A DNA stretch of 64,000 bases from an uncultured bacterium. Its GTDB lineage: Bacteria > Omnitrophota > Omnitrophia > Omnitrophales > Abzuiibacteriaceae. The position numbers and the translations under genes were made by a program. Below are positions 40,302-51,672 of the stretch, piece by piece. Every line of letters starts with the position of its first letter. Within the stretch, counting starts at the first letter, position 1. The notes under the pieces are model-generated. The model was not told the DNA's origin and searched no databases. It saw only the letters and a list, made by a program, of their open reading frames with translations. The stretch lies in assembly GCA_964387845.1 (NCBI GenBank), contig CAYLXA010000003.1:128001-192000 (forward strand), written 5' to 3'.

Positions 40302-40520
40302 ATGACAACACAGGAAATAGTTGTGGCCACACTGAAAGATCAGCAGGCGTTGCTTGAAAGCTTAATCACGCAGCTTGAGGGCAGGCCCCGATTTGATGAA
40401 GTAGATTGTCAAATGTACGAAGAAACTTTGAGAGAAATAAGCCAGAATTTAAGCCGGCTCAGAAAATTTCAGAAGCAGCAGTTAAAAACACACGAGAAAG
40501 CCCCTTTTCTTCCCCGCTAA
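40302..40520 (+). CDS. Small helical hypothetical protein (about 72 aa), tandem paralogue
   Basis: Similar pattern to the upstream ORF (LI.QL.G..R.......Y.........L..L). ATG 40302 chosen over the overlapping 40275. Confidence 0.4.
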   Translation: MTTQEIVVATLKDQQALLESLITQLEGRPRFDEVDCQMYEETLREISQNLSRLRKFQKQQLKTHEKAPFLPR

Positions 40521-40545
40521 TTCTTGCCACCCGGCTGGCCGCTTT

Positions 40546-41106
40546 TTATTTGTTTTTATTCCGGTCTATCCAATAAAGCAGGTTGTCTTCGACTTTGTAA
40601 AGCAGGGGGGCGACTTTGATTTTCGGGTAGCGCGCTGAGAGCCGGTCGGTTTCGCTCAAGATAAAATCAATCTCGTTTCCAATCTCGAACATGGGCGAAT
40701 AATGCATAAAATGGTCTTCCGCCATTTTCGTGTCCCAACCGGCACGTTTGGTGAGGCCTTCAATGAATTGGTTTTTTCGGCTGACCAGGTTGACCATCCC
40801 GCATTGCGTGTGGCCGATGAGTGCGATGTGTTCAATCCCGCCGACGGCAATGGCGTAAGAAACTTTGAACTCGCTGTAGCGTAAATTGGCGCCGCCTGCG
40901 CGGATTATAAATGCAAAATTATCCGGAATGTGCAGATGCTTGCGGTTGTCCATGCACATGCCGATCAAGAGCTTTGCTTGTTTGTATTCCTGATGCGGTT
41001 TTTCGGCGTTATGATAAAGAAGTAAATCGCCGATCGGTGTATTCCGGAATTCCTGGGGGATGTCTTCTTTTTTCTGAATTGATAAAAGCCTGTGCATGAC
41101 GCACAT
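40546..41106 (-). CDS. Beta-class carbonic anhydrase family protein
   Basis: CMDNR (CxDxR) and SYAIAVGGIEHIALIGHTQCG (HxxCG signature). Confidence 0.65.
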   Translation of the reverse strand: MCVMHRLLSIQKKEDIPQEFRNTPIGDLLLYHNAEKPHQEYKQAKLLIGMCMDNRKHLHIPDNFAFIIRAGGANLRYSEFKVSYAIAVGGIEHIALIGHTQCGMVNLVSRKNQFIEGLTKRAGWDTKMAEDHFMHYSPMFEIGNEIDFILSETDRLSARYPKIKVAPLLYKVEDNLLYWIDRNKNK

Positions 41107-41132
41107 TTTATCAATAACTCGGCGAACTGTCT

Positions 41133-41609
41133 TTATTTTTTACCTAGCTGTGCAAAAAACGCTTCGGCGCCTTTTTTGACTTGTTCTTCCGTTAAATCTT
41201 GTTTGTGCGTGGCAATGTTCCATTTGTAACCGAAAGGATCTACAACACATCCGCAGCGGTCTCCCCAAAATACATCCGACATTGGCATAATGGATGTTGC
41301 TCCTGCGGTGACGGCCTGATTAAATAATTTATCCGCATCTTCCACATAAATATACAAACCGATCGGTGAATTGCCGAGAGTTTGAGCGCTAGAACACACA
41401 CCCGGCATTTCATCCCCCATCATGATGATGGAATTTCCGATTTCGATTGTGGCGTGCATCGTGCTTTTACCGTCCGGTGCCGGGAAAATCTGTGCGTTTT
41501 TTGCGCCGAACGCTTTTTTGTAAAATTCGATGGCTTTTCTGCAATCTTTAAATGTGAAACTGGGCGTTACCGTATGATATCCGTCCGGAATGGGTTTTAC
41601 GTTTGCCAT
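41133..41609 (-). CDS. VOC-family (glyoxalase/bleomycin-resistance, PhnB-like) protein
   Basis: 158 aa; PhnB-like pattern ...FYKKAFGA...MHATIEIGNSIIM...WGDRCGCVVDPFGYKW. Confidence 0.7.
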   Translation of the reverse strand: MANVKPIPDGYHTVTPSFTFKDCRKAIEFYKKAFGAKNAQIFPAPDGKSTMHATIEIGNSIIMMGDEMPGVCSSAQTLGNSPIGLYIYVEDADKLFNQAVTAGATSIMPMSDVFWGDRCGCVVDPFGYKWNIATHKQDLTEEQVKKGAEAFFAQLGKK

Positions 41610-41627
41610 GGTTTGTCCTTTCTATTA

Positions 41628-41984
41628 TTAAGCGTCTACCATTACTTTAAATCCGCCCCAGAACATGCGTTTGCCGTCAAAAGGCATTGGTGTTTTGCAC
41701 ATTTTTTTAATGAACGGGTCATTCATTACTTTTTTATTGACGCTGTCACGGTGCGCGCGTGATTTGTAAACAATATAAGCAAACACCACTTTCTCGCTCG
41801 GTTTCAATTTGACGCTTTGCGGGAAAGAAGTCCATTTGCCTTTTTTGACATCATCCGCAATACATTCGATATATTCCAATGCGCCGTGTTTGCGCCAGAT
41901 TTTTCCGCATTTTGAAGCCAAACTCCGGTATTTGCCCAAATGCTTTTTCGGGACCGGTGCCACATATCCATCCACATATCGCAT
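41628..41984 (-). CDS. DUF1428 (YbaA-like) protein
   Basis: 118 aa; MRYVDGYVAPVPKK...ALEYIECIADDV tracks E. coli YbaA. Confidence 0.7.
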   Translation of the reverse strand: MRYVDGYVAPVPKKHLGKYRSLASKCGKIWRKHGALEYIECIADDVKKGKWTSFPQSVKLKPSEKVVFAYIVYKSRAHRDSVNKKVMNDPFIKKMCKTPMPFDGKRMFWGGFKVMVDA

Positions 41985-41999
41985 GATGTTCTCCTTAGT

Positions 42000-42368
42000 T
42001 TATTGTTCTTGTAAATAAGCGTTTGCCTCTTCAAAGGAAGAGACCGTTATAATTTGTACTTTTTTTGAATAATGGAACAAAGACATGATGCTGAAGCCGA
42101 TATCTTGGGAAGGATCGGGAACAATTCGGATGACTTCTGTGACGCCGTGCTGGTTGAAATAATCCATCGACCGCTTGATTGCGTCTTGAACGCCTTGTTC
42201 CATGGATTCAACCTTCGATAAATCCGTCAGAATTTTAAAACCTTTTCTGTGCTTCGGCGTTGCTTTTTGGATGTCGCTGTAAGACCGTTCGGCTTGTGTG
42301 ATATCAATCTGCCCGGAGAATGCAATTATCACAGCGTTTAATTTTTCGTCGTAGGAAACTTGAATCAT
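42000..42368 (-). CDS. Hypothetical protein, STAS-like (anti-sigma-antagonist-like) fold suspected
   Basis: 122 aa; beta-alpha pattern reminiscent of SpoIIAA; first gene of a 4-gene minus-strand operon. Confidence 0.35.
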   Translation of the reverse strand: MIQVSYDEKLNAVIIAFSGQIDITQAERSYSDIQKATPKHRKGFKILTDLSKVESMEQGVQDAIKRSMDYFNQHGVTEVIRIVPDPSQDIGFSIMSLFHYSKKVQIITVSSFEEANAYLQEQ

Positions 42369-42548
42369 GGTAGTAAGATTTTACTCTTACCATACTTTTT
42401 GTTCAATGGCTGTCGTAGAGAAAATGTACATGAAATTTTTTCACAGCTGGGTTATTATAAGCAGGTCAAAAACCAAATAAATACTTTTGCAGAAAATGAC
42501 AATCCAAGCCGACAATTTAGTCATCATTAATCATTCTGGCGGGGGTAT

Positions 42549-44999
42549 ATGAAAAATTTTTTGAAGCAATTTCTTCTATTAAGCACGTTTTGGATGTGGC
42601 AAGCCGCTGCTTGGGCGAGCGAAGCGGATCTTAAAATTCCGGATCTCCATGAAGGGCGTTTCGATTTATTCGGCGGTCTTACCGGGTATGAAATCCTTCT
42701 TTACGGCGCACTCATCATTTTGGGGACCGTGGGTGTTTCGCTTTATCAATTCATGAAAATCAAGGCGCTTCCGGCGCACCGCTCGATGCTTGACGTTGCT
42801 GAAACGATTTTTAAAACCTGTCAAACGTATCTCAAACAGCAGGTCAGGTTCCTCATGATTCTTTTCGCGATTATTGCCTGCGCGATGTCTTATTATTTTG
42901 TAGGCCTGCAGCATGAATCCGCGGCGACCCTCAGCTTAGTCCTTTTATTTTCAATCGTCGGCATGGCGGGCTCCACGCTTGTCGCGTATTACGGAATTCG
43001 AGTTAACACCTACGCCAATGCACGCACCGCTTTTGCATCACTGAGAGGCGTTCCGTGGGATGTGGTCAATATTCCGCTCCGCGCCGGCATGTCCGTCGGG
43101 CTTTTCTTGATTTCAGTTGAGCTTGTCATGATGGTCATCATTCTTCTTTTTGTTCCGCGCGATATCGTGGGTTACTGTTTTCTTGGTTTCGCGATTGGAG
43201 AATCGCTCGGCGCGAGTGCGCTTCGAATCGCGGGCGGTATTTTCACAAAAATTGCCGACATCGGTTCAGATTTAATGAAAATCGTTTTTCAAGTCAAAGA
43301 AGATGATCCGCGCAATCCGGGCGTGATTGCTGATTGTGCAGGTGATAACGCGGGTGATTCGGTGGGCCCGACAGCGGATGGTTTTGAAACGTATGGCGTC
43401 ACGGGCGTTGCACTCATTTCATTTATCACGCTAGCCGTCAAAGATCCAACGCTTCAAGCCAAACTCATCGTTTGGATTTTTGCGATGCGCTTTTTGATGG
43501 ATTTTATGTCCGGCGTTTCTTATTTTGTGAACAAAACAATTTCGGAAGCCAAATACAAAAACTTAAAAGATTTTGATTTTGAAGAACCGCTCACGCGTCT
43601 TATCAAAATCGCCACAACTCTTTGTATATCAACATCTTACGGCATGTCGTATTTGCTCGTAGGCGATCTTCCAGATCCGACGCTTTGGTGGAAACTGGCT
43701 TCTATTATTGCCTGCGGTACTTTGGCGGCCTATCTGATTCCGGAATTTACAAAGATTTTCACCTCATCACACTCCAAACACGTGCATGAAATTGTGACGG
43801 CTTCGCGCGAAGGCGGCGCATCGCTCACAATTCTCTCGGGCATTGTGGCGGGTTCATTTTCGGCATTTTGGAAGGGGCTTCTCATCGCAGCGCTTATGTT
43901 TGCAGCTTTTCTTATTTCTGGCATGGGAATCCAAAACATTATGCCGCACGCATCCATTTTTGCATTTGGCCTTGTGGCTTACGGATTTCTCTGCATGGGC
44001 CCCGTCAACATTGCGGTTGATTCTTACGGCCCGGTGACGGACAACGCACAATCCATTTTTGAATTGGCGCAGACGGAATCGATCCCCGGAATTGAAAAAG
44101 AAATTGAGAAGGATTTCGGTTTCAAACCGGATTTCAAAGGCGGCAAACATTATTTGGAAGCCAACGACTCGGCGGGGAACACGTTTAAAGCAACCGCGAA
44201 ACCGGTTTTGATCGGAACGGCGGTGGCGGGCGCTACGACCATGATTTTCTCGATCATTCTTCTTTTACAGGAACATCTTCACGCGAGTGCTGTGGCCGCT
44301 GCAGCAGGCGCGTTTGTTCCTGAAAATATCGGTGAAATTCTTTTGGCAGAGAAATTATCTCTCACAGCAGCACCAGTTTTGCTTGGATTTCTTTGCGGCG
44401 GGGCCGTCATTTTCTGGTTCTGCGGCGCTTCGATTCAAGCCGTCACGACGGGCGCTTATTCGGCGGTGGAGTACATCAAGAAGAACATGAAGCTTGATAA
44501 AAAAGAAGCTCAACGCGAGGACTCTATTCGAGTGGTGAAAATTTGCACGGAATACGCGCAAAAAGGAATGTGGAACATTTTCTTAGGACTTTTGGCGCTT
44601 ACGCTCGCGTTTGCGCTTTTTGACCCGTATTTTTTTATTGCTTATCTTGTGGCGATCGCCGTTTTCGGTTTATTTCAAGCCATGTATATGGCAAACGCCG
44701 GCGGCTCGTGGGATAATGCAAAGAAGCTCGTCGAAGTGGATTTCGGCGAGAAAAACACACCGGTTCATGCGGCGACCGTTGTCGGCGACACGGTGGGCGA
44801 TCCGTTCAAAGACACAACATCGGTTTCGCTTAACCCGATCATTAAATTTTCAACACTCTTCGGAATGCTCGCCGTCGAAATCGCAATCAAAATGGACCCT
44901 GCGATGACTCGCGTGAGTGCGCTCGTCTTTTTGGCTGCGGGCCTCTTTTTTGTCTGGAAATCCTTCTACCGGATGCGTATTCCCGCAAAAAAAGTTTGA
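42549..44999 (+). CDS. hppA: Membrane-bound proton/sodium-translocating pyrophosphatase
   Basis: 816 aa; 16 TM helices; V-PPase motifs GDNAGDSVGP and GDTVGDPFKDT. Confidence 0.9.
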   Translation: MKNFLKQFLLLSTFWMWQAAAWASEADLKIPDLHEGRFDLFGGLTGYEILLYGALIILGTVGVSLYQFMKIKALPAHRSMLDVAETIFKTCQTYLKQQVRFLMILFAIIACAMSYYFVGLQHESAATLSLVLLFSIVGMAGSTLVAYYGIRVNTYANARTAFASLRGVPWDVVNIPLRAGMSVGLFLISVELVMMVIILLFVPRDIVGYCFLGFAIGESLGASALRIAGGIFTKIADIGSDLMKIVFQVKEDDPRNPGVIADCAGDNAGDSVGPTADGFETYGVTGVALISFITLAVKDPTLQAKLIVWIFAMRFLMDFMSGVSYFVNKTISEAKYKNLKDFDFEEPLTRLIKIATTLCISTSYGMSYLLVGDLPDPTLWWKLASIIACGTLAAYLIPEFTKIFTSSHSKHVHEIVTASREGGASLTILSGIVAGSFSAFWKGLLIAALMFAAFLISGMGIQNIMPHASIFAFGLVAYGFLCMGPVNIAVDSYGPVTDNAQSIFELAQTESIPGIEKEIEKDFGFKPDFKGGKHYLEANDSAGNTFKATAKPVLIGTAVAGATTMIFSIILLLQEHLHASAVAAAAGAFVPENIGEILLAEKLSLTAAPVLLGFLCGGAVIFWFCGASIQAVTTGAYSAVEYIKKNMKLDKKEAQREDSIRVVKICTEYAQKGMWNIFLGLLALTLAFALFDPYFFIAYLVAIAVFGLFQAMYMANAGGSWDNAKKLVEVDFGEKNTPVHAATVVGDTVGDPFKDTTSVSLNPIIKFSTLFGMLAVEIAIKMDPAMTRVSALVFLAAGLFFVWKSFYRMRIPAKKV

Positions 45000-45134
45000 T
45001 AGAGCCCTGCACAAAAGTTGCTTTCTGGTCTGTAAACTAGTAAACCCCTTTTACTGCAGAAAGAGGTTTATACTGTTCGGAATGGCAAACTCCAGCGTGC
45101 ATCGGTATGACAGTAGAAATTAAGGAGAGATACC

Positions 45135-45428
45135 ATGAGTGAAGAATTTGAACCCAAAGAGACTGCTTCGAGCCTGGCGCAAAATGATTCTGAAAATACA
45201 GTCGCTATTTTGAATGATATTCAGCAGAAACCTTTCGGAAAATCCGGAAGGCCGTTTAACTGGTTCAATCGGAATCGTTCCGAATCACGCGGAAACGAAT
45301 TCAGGCAAGAAGGATTTTCTTCGCAATCCTCAGGCGCGCGTCATTTTGATAAGCCCCGAGGCGAGGAAAGGCATGATTTTGGCGGGAAAAAGAAGAAATT
45401 TTTTCATCGAGGGAAAAGGCCGCGCTAA
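45135..45428 (+). CDS. Small basic disordered protein (hypothetical; RNA-binding-like tail)
   Basis: 97 aa; strong SD TAAGGAGAG; R/K/G/F-rich C-terminus (...GGKKKKFFHRGKRPR). Confidence 0.5.
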   Translation: MSEEFEPKETASSLAQNDSENTVAILNDIQQKPFGKSGRPFNWFNRNRSESRGNEFRQEGFSSQSSGARHFDKPRGEERHDFGGKKKKFFHRGKRPR

Positions 45429-45448
45429 ATTTGCTGCAAAACTTTACG

Positions 45449-45476
45449 TTGACATCTTGCCGAAACCGTGTAGACT
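45449..45476 (+). promoter_or_regulatory. Sigma70-like promoter TTGACA-n16-TAGACT
   Basis: Perfect -35 hexamer; lies between the 45135 gene's stop and a strong terminator. Confidence 0.4.
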
Positions 45477-45520
45477 CACGCCCGAAGTACATTGGTGAAG
45501 CTTTAAGGATAGTTTGAACA

Positions 45521-45551
45521 CCGCAAGCTTATCATAGCTTGCGGTTTTTTT
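45521..45551 (+). terminator. Intrinsic terminator CCGCAAGCT-TATCAT-AGCTTGCGG-TTTTTTT
   Basis: 9-bp perfect stem plus a U7 tract, 37 nt upstream of the cspA ATG. Confidence 0.7.
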
Positions 45552-45587
45552 GTTTAAGACACCCTGCTTCGCAGAAGGGAAATTAAA

Positions 45588-45791
45588 ATGGCACAAGGTA
45601 CAGTTAAGTGGTTCAATAACGAAAAAGGATTTGGATTCATTGCACCCGAGAATTCCGCGAAAGATGTGTTTGTTCATCATACCGCGATTCAAGGCGAAGG
45701 CTACAAAAGCTTGAACGAAGGTGACAACGTCCAATTTGACATCGTCAGCGGACCCAAAGGCGACCAAGCAGCTAACGTTGTAAAACGTTAA
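45588..45791 (+). CDS. cspA: Cold-shock protein (CspA family)
   Basis: 67 aa; RNP1 KGFGFI and RNP2 VFVHH. Confidence 0.95.
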   Translation: MAQGTVKWFNNEKGFGFIAPENSAKDVFVHHTAIQGEGYKSLNEGDNVQFDIVSGPKGDQAANVVKR

Positions 45792-45807
45792 ACGCTTTGA
45801 TTTTTAC

Positions 45808-45845
45808 AAAAACCCCGTTCTCTTGCAAAAGAGAGCGGGGTTTTT
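45808..45845. terminator. Bidirectional intrinsic terminator between cspA and katG
   Basis: AAAA-CCCCGTTCTCTT-GCAA-AAGAGAGCGGGG-TTTTT. Confidence 0.7.
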
Positions 45846-45852
45846 GTGTTTA

Positions 45853-48093
<2,241 letters not shown>

Positions 48094-48234
48094 TTAACTC
48101 CTTTTTAGATTTTGCACTTTTTGCATATACCTTCCAAAACAACTTTCTTATCTATTAATAAGAATAATTCCTATTTGCATATGATTTTACAATCAGCTAA
48201 CGACAAGCAAGATGTTAATCATTTAACTCAATTA

Positions 48235-48798
48235 TCAATCTAACTCTTTAAGAACCTTAACCGGGTTTCCGCCCACAACTGTTTTGGAAGGAACGTCTTT
48301 TGCAACAACGGCGCCTGCAGCAATAATACTCTCATCGCCAATTTTAATTCCTGGGCATAAAACAGCACTTCCTCCAATCCAAACATCATTTCCTATATGA
48401 ACAGTTTTTCCAAACTCTAGCCCTCTGCGCCGCTCCTGCGCATCTAGCGGGTGGCCAGCCGTATAAATTTGGACATTAGGTCCTAACATAACGTTAGAAC
48501 CGATTATAATTTTAGCCACATCCAATAAGATACAATTGAAATTCAAATAGACATTCTCACCGAGTTCGATATTTTTCCCATAATCACAATAAAAAGGCGG
48601 CTGAAGCCATAGCCCCGAACCGACTTTGCCAAATAACTTCTTGCACAAGGCCAATCGATCGCCATTTTTGATATCTTGAACAGAGCTATTTAGTTTGTTC
48701 AGTAAATCACGTGCTTTCTTGCGCATACGCACAAGTTCCGCATCACTTGCGTTATAAAGTTCTCCCGAAATCATTTTTTCATATTCAGTCATAGTTTC
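48235..48798 (-). CDS. maa: Maltose/galactoside O-acetyltransferase (left-handed beta-helix)
   Basis: Hexapeptide repeats; aligns with Maa from ...EYEKMISGELY. Start set at M15 because a TATAAT lies inside the longer version. Confidence 0.75.
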   Translation of the reverse strand, partial: ETMTEYEKMISGELYNASDAELVRMRKKARDLLNKLNSSVQDIKNGDRLALCKKLFGKVGSGLWLQPPFYCDYGKNIELGENVYLNFNCILLDVAKIIIGSNVMLGPNVQIYTAGHPLDAQERRRGLEFGKTVHIGNDVWIGGSAVLCPGIKIGDESIIAAGAVVAKDVPSKTVVGGNPVKVLKELD

Positions 48799-48931
48799 CA
48801 TTATACCCGCACTGGACAAAAAAAGAACCCGCTTAACCAATTACGATTAAGCGGGTTTATGTAATGGCTACCGTGAATTTAAACAAAAATGGCCACAACG
48901 CATAAAACGAAGTGGCCATTTTGTTTAAATC

Positions 48932-49004
48932 CTCCCGAGCCAGGGCTCGAACCTGGGACCCAGCGATTAACAGTCGCTTGCTCTACCAACTGAGCTACTC
49001 GGGA
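48932..49004 (-). tRNA. tRNA-Asn(GTT)
   Basis: 73 nt; anticodon loop CTGTTAA, T-loop TTCGAGC. Confidence 0.85.
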
Positions 49005-49149
49005 ATGAGTGAGGCGAGTAAGGATTATAGCGAAATAACGGGCAATTTTGAAGCTGATTATAAGACCGATTTAGAAAGCCTTATTCTCATAAAGCCGGCA
49101 AGAATAAATACCTACATTGCTGCCAGCGGCTGTAGCAGTCAATCCTATT

Positions 49150-50496
49150 TCAGTAAACCAAAGTTTTTGGAAGTTCTTTCCCGCCGGTTTCATGCCACCA
49201 GTTTAATGTTTTCTTTTTAAGGTCTTTCATCATTTCTTCATGTTCTGGGTTTTGAGACAAGTTATTTCTCTCAAAAGGATCATCCGGCAGATAGTATAAA
49301 TCCTGGTCACCTGCTTTGCGGGCGGGGAAATCGGTCATGACATGTTGAATTCGGAAATAATTGTTCCGATCTTCCGTTATGTCTTTCACGTAGAAAATAT
49401 ACTTCCATTTCTCGGTCCTAGCATAAAAAGCATAAACGTCGCTTTCCGGCGCCGGATTCTTTGATGCAACCGAAGGATATATTGCTCCAAACAGGGTATC
49501 TCGGAATTCGGCATTTTTTCCTTCAATAGCAGGTTTCAAAGATTTTCCGGCCATGCTTTCCGGCGGCGCAATTCCGGCGTAATCCAGAATGGTCGGGACA
49601 ATATCAAGCGCGCTGATCATTTTTGGAATCACTTGTCCGCTTTTGATATGATCGGGCCAGTAAAAAATAACGGGCGTCCGCAATCCCATTTCGAATGCGG
49701 ATCCTTTGGAAACAAGGCCGTTGCACCATCCATTATCGATGACGAAAATAACCAGCGTATTTTTAAGCAGGTCCTTTTCTTTTAGTTTTTCTAAAACAGC
49801 GTTAATGCTGGCATCAAGCCAGTATTCCATAGCAAAACTTAATCTTTCGATTTCGCGGTAACGCTTATGCTTTTCTTTCGGCACCCAAGATGGGATTGGT
49901 ATGTCATCCTGTTTGAAAAAATTTAAAAATTCCTTCGGAGGCCGAAGAGGCACGTGAGGAATTCGCGGCGCGTACCATACAAAAAAGTTCTGATTTTTAA
50001 GCTTATCAAAAAATTTGAATAGATCTTTTTGATCGCGCCTGACAAAAAAATAATCCTTGCCTTTACCATGAGTAAAACCAAGGCGCTCCGGCTTTCCTTC
50101 CCAATATTTTCCTTGTGCAAATGTTGCGTAGCCTGTGTCGCGCAGAAGAGCAGGTAATAGGTACTTCGCGTTTAATTGGTCGGGGCCGCTGTTGTAGTAA
50201 ATTCCATGCTGATGGGGGTACATTCCGGAAAGAAATCCTGCCAAAGTAGGGCGGCATCGCGACATCGGCACATAAGCTGTCGGGAACAAAGTGCCTTCTT
50301 GCGCGAGTTTATCAATGGTTGGCGTTTTGACATTGGGATTTCCGGTGAATCCTGTGTGCGTGTGGTTATGATCGTCTGAAATAATGAGTAATATATTGGG
50401 ACGAACGCCAGATTCTGCAAAACATTTCAAATTTAAACTTAGCAATACCGCAACAAATAAGATTGCGCACCTAGTCAAAAACCTATTTTTTATCAC
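49150..50496 (-). CDS. Sulfatase-family (alkaline-phosphatase superfamily) exported protein
   Basis: 448 aa; signal peptide; N-terminal ILLIISDDH... and MSRCRPTLAGFLSG region (non-canonical C-x-P-x-L instead of C-x-P-x-R); GTG start. Confidence 0.65.
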   Translation of the reverse strand: MIKNRFLTRCAILFVAVLLSLNLKCFAESGVRPNILLIISDDHNHTHTGFTGNPNVKTPTIDKLAQEGTLFPTAYVPMSRCRPTLAGFLSGMYPHQHGIYYNSGPDQLNAKYLLPALLRDTGYATFAQGKYWEGKPERLGFTHGKGKDYFFVRRDQKDLFKFFDKLKNQNFFVWYAPRIPHVPLRPPKEFLNFFKQDDIPIPSWVPKEKHKRYREIERLSFAMEYWLDASINAVLEKLKEKDLLKNTLVIFVIDNGWCNGLVSKGSAFEMGLRTPVIFYWPDHIKSGQVIPKMISALDIVPTILDYAGIAPPESMAGKSLKPAIEGKNAEFRDTLFGAIYPSVASKNPAPESDVYAFYARTEKWKYIFYVKDITEDRNNYFRIQHVMTDFPARKAGDQDLYYLPDDPFERNNLSQNPEHEEMMKDLKKKTLNWWHETGGKELPKTLVY

Positions 50497-50743
50497 GCCT
50501 ATATCCTTTTCTATTTCCCCAAAAAATACAAAGACAAGTTAAAAGCAGCATCAAAAAAATGGATTCATAATTAAGCTGGATCAAACAATCTTCCAAAGAT
50601 CTGCCTATTACGATTAAATCTGCAATCCGGCTCAAAGCACTGTAAACCCCGTAGCAAGCACCATCAATCAGGTAGCCTCTGCCGGCAAAGAAAGCCAGCC
50701 AGCAAATTATTGCTAAAAGAAAAAACGGTCTTTGCTTTATCAT
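50483..50743 (-). CDS. Small 2-TM membrane protein (hypothetical), translationally coupled between the SGNH and sulfatase genes
   Basis: 86 aa; overlaps both neighbours by a few nt. Confidence 0.35.
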   Translation of the reverse strand: MIKQRPFFLLAIICWLAFFAGRGYLIDGACYGVYSALSRIADLIVIGRSLEDCLIQLNYESIFLMLLLTCLCIFWGNRKGYRRDKK

Positions 50744-51672
50744 GAATTAAAACACCGATTAACTGCTACTTCAGCGAACAGCCTGGCGCCGGCGGTATTT
50801 AAGTGATCTTCAGATGAAAACAAATCAGGGTCGTCGATCACGTACGATCCATTAAAATATTTGTAGCTGTAACGATCCGCAAGTTGCCGGATAAAAGCGT
50901 AAGCTTCCGAGAATTGTGGAAAATTTTTTGACATGTCTAAATATTGAGGCGACATAGGATAGGACACTAGACAGACATCCGCATTTTTATTTTTCAGATA
51001 TGAAAAAATAAGCTCGAGTTTATTAGCGGCTTTTCCGCTATGAAAATCTGATGCCGGAAGTTGCAGCTGAACTCTCTTTTGAATTCTAGATTTGATTTCG
51101 TTTGCCGTATAAGTTTGCGACATCGGGTCGTCCAGAGTTTGGGCGCCGTCCTTGTGAAGAACAAATTTGCTCTTAAAACTTCCGCGCTTTAAAAAAACTT
51201 TAAAGTAATTTAGCAAATTAATTTTATGCCGGGCGGTCAGTATCAGTATTGGAGGGTCTTCCGGAGATTCATAATCCTTTAAAAATAATTCGGAGTTCAT
51301 TTTTTCGCGGTAATCAGAAAAGAAATGCGGATCGACCTGTAGAATTATTTTTCCAGGCTGTTTTTTGGAGAAGTAGAGCATTATTTTTCCTACGAGCACA
51401 TCTAAGTTTTCGTAAGAAGCGGCGAGGTTGATAAAACCAGCTTGTCCGGTGAAACCTTGGCTTGTATGAGAGTCGCCGAAGGCAACATTTTCAGCGGTTG
51501 AATTAAAAAATAAAGCGCGGTGATGCTCAAAAACATCCCGTTTTTGAACTTTTGTGCGAATCAATATTTCTGCGGAGAGCAAAAAAACGAAAGTAATTAT
51601 GAAAGAAGTGGCGGCAAAAACTTTTAACCAAATCTTAAAATTGGAAGTAGAGGAATTCACTATTGGATTCAA
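50740..51672 (-). CDS. Membrane-anchored SGNH hydrolase-type O-acyltransferase partner (AlgJ/DltD/PatB-like)
   Basis: 310 aa; TM anchor, AFGDSHTSQGF block, C-terminal DHLNTAGARLFAEV. Confidence 0.6.
   Translation of the reverse strand: MNPIVNSSTSNFKIWLKVFAATSFIITFVFLLSAEILIRTKVQKRDVFEHHRALFFNSTAENVAFGDSHTSQGFTGQAGFINLAASYENLDVLVGKIMLYFSKKQPGKIILQVDPHFFSDYREKMNSELFLKDYESPEDPPILILTARHKINLLNYFKVFLKRGSFKSKFVLHKDGAQTLDDPMSQTYTANEIKSRIQKRVQLQLPASDFHSGKAANKLELIFSYLKNKNADVCLVSYPMSPQYLDMSKNFPQFSEAYAFIRQLADRYSYKYFNGSYVIDDPDLFSSEDHLNTAGARLFAEVAVNRCFNS

Noticed and set aside
48912-49220. 102-aa plus-strand ORF
   Set aside because: Overlaps tRNA-Asn and the 3' end of the sulfatase gene.
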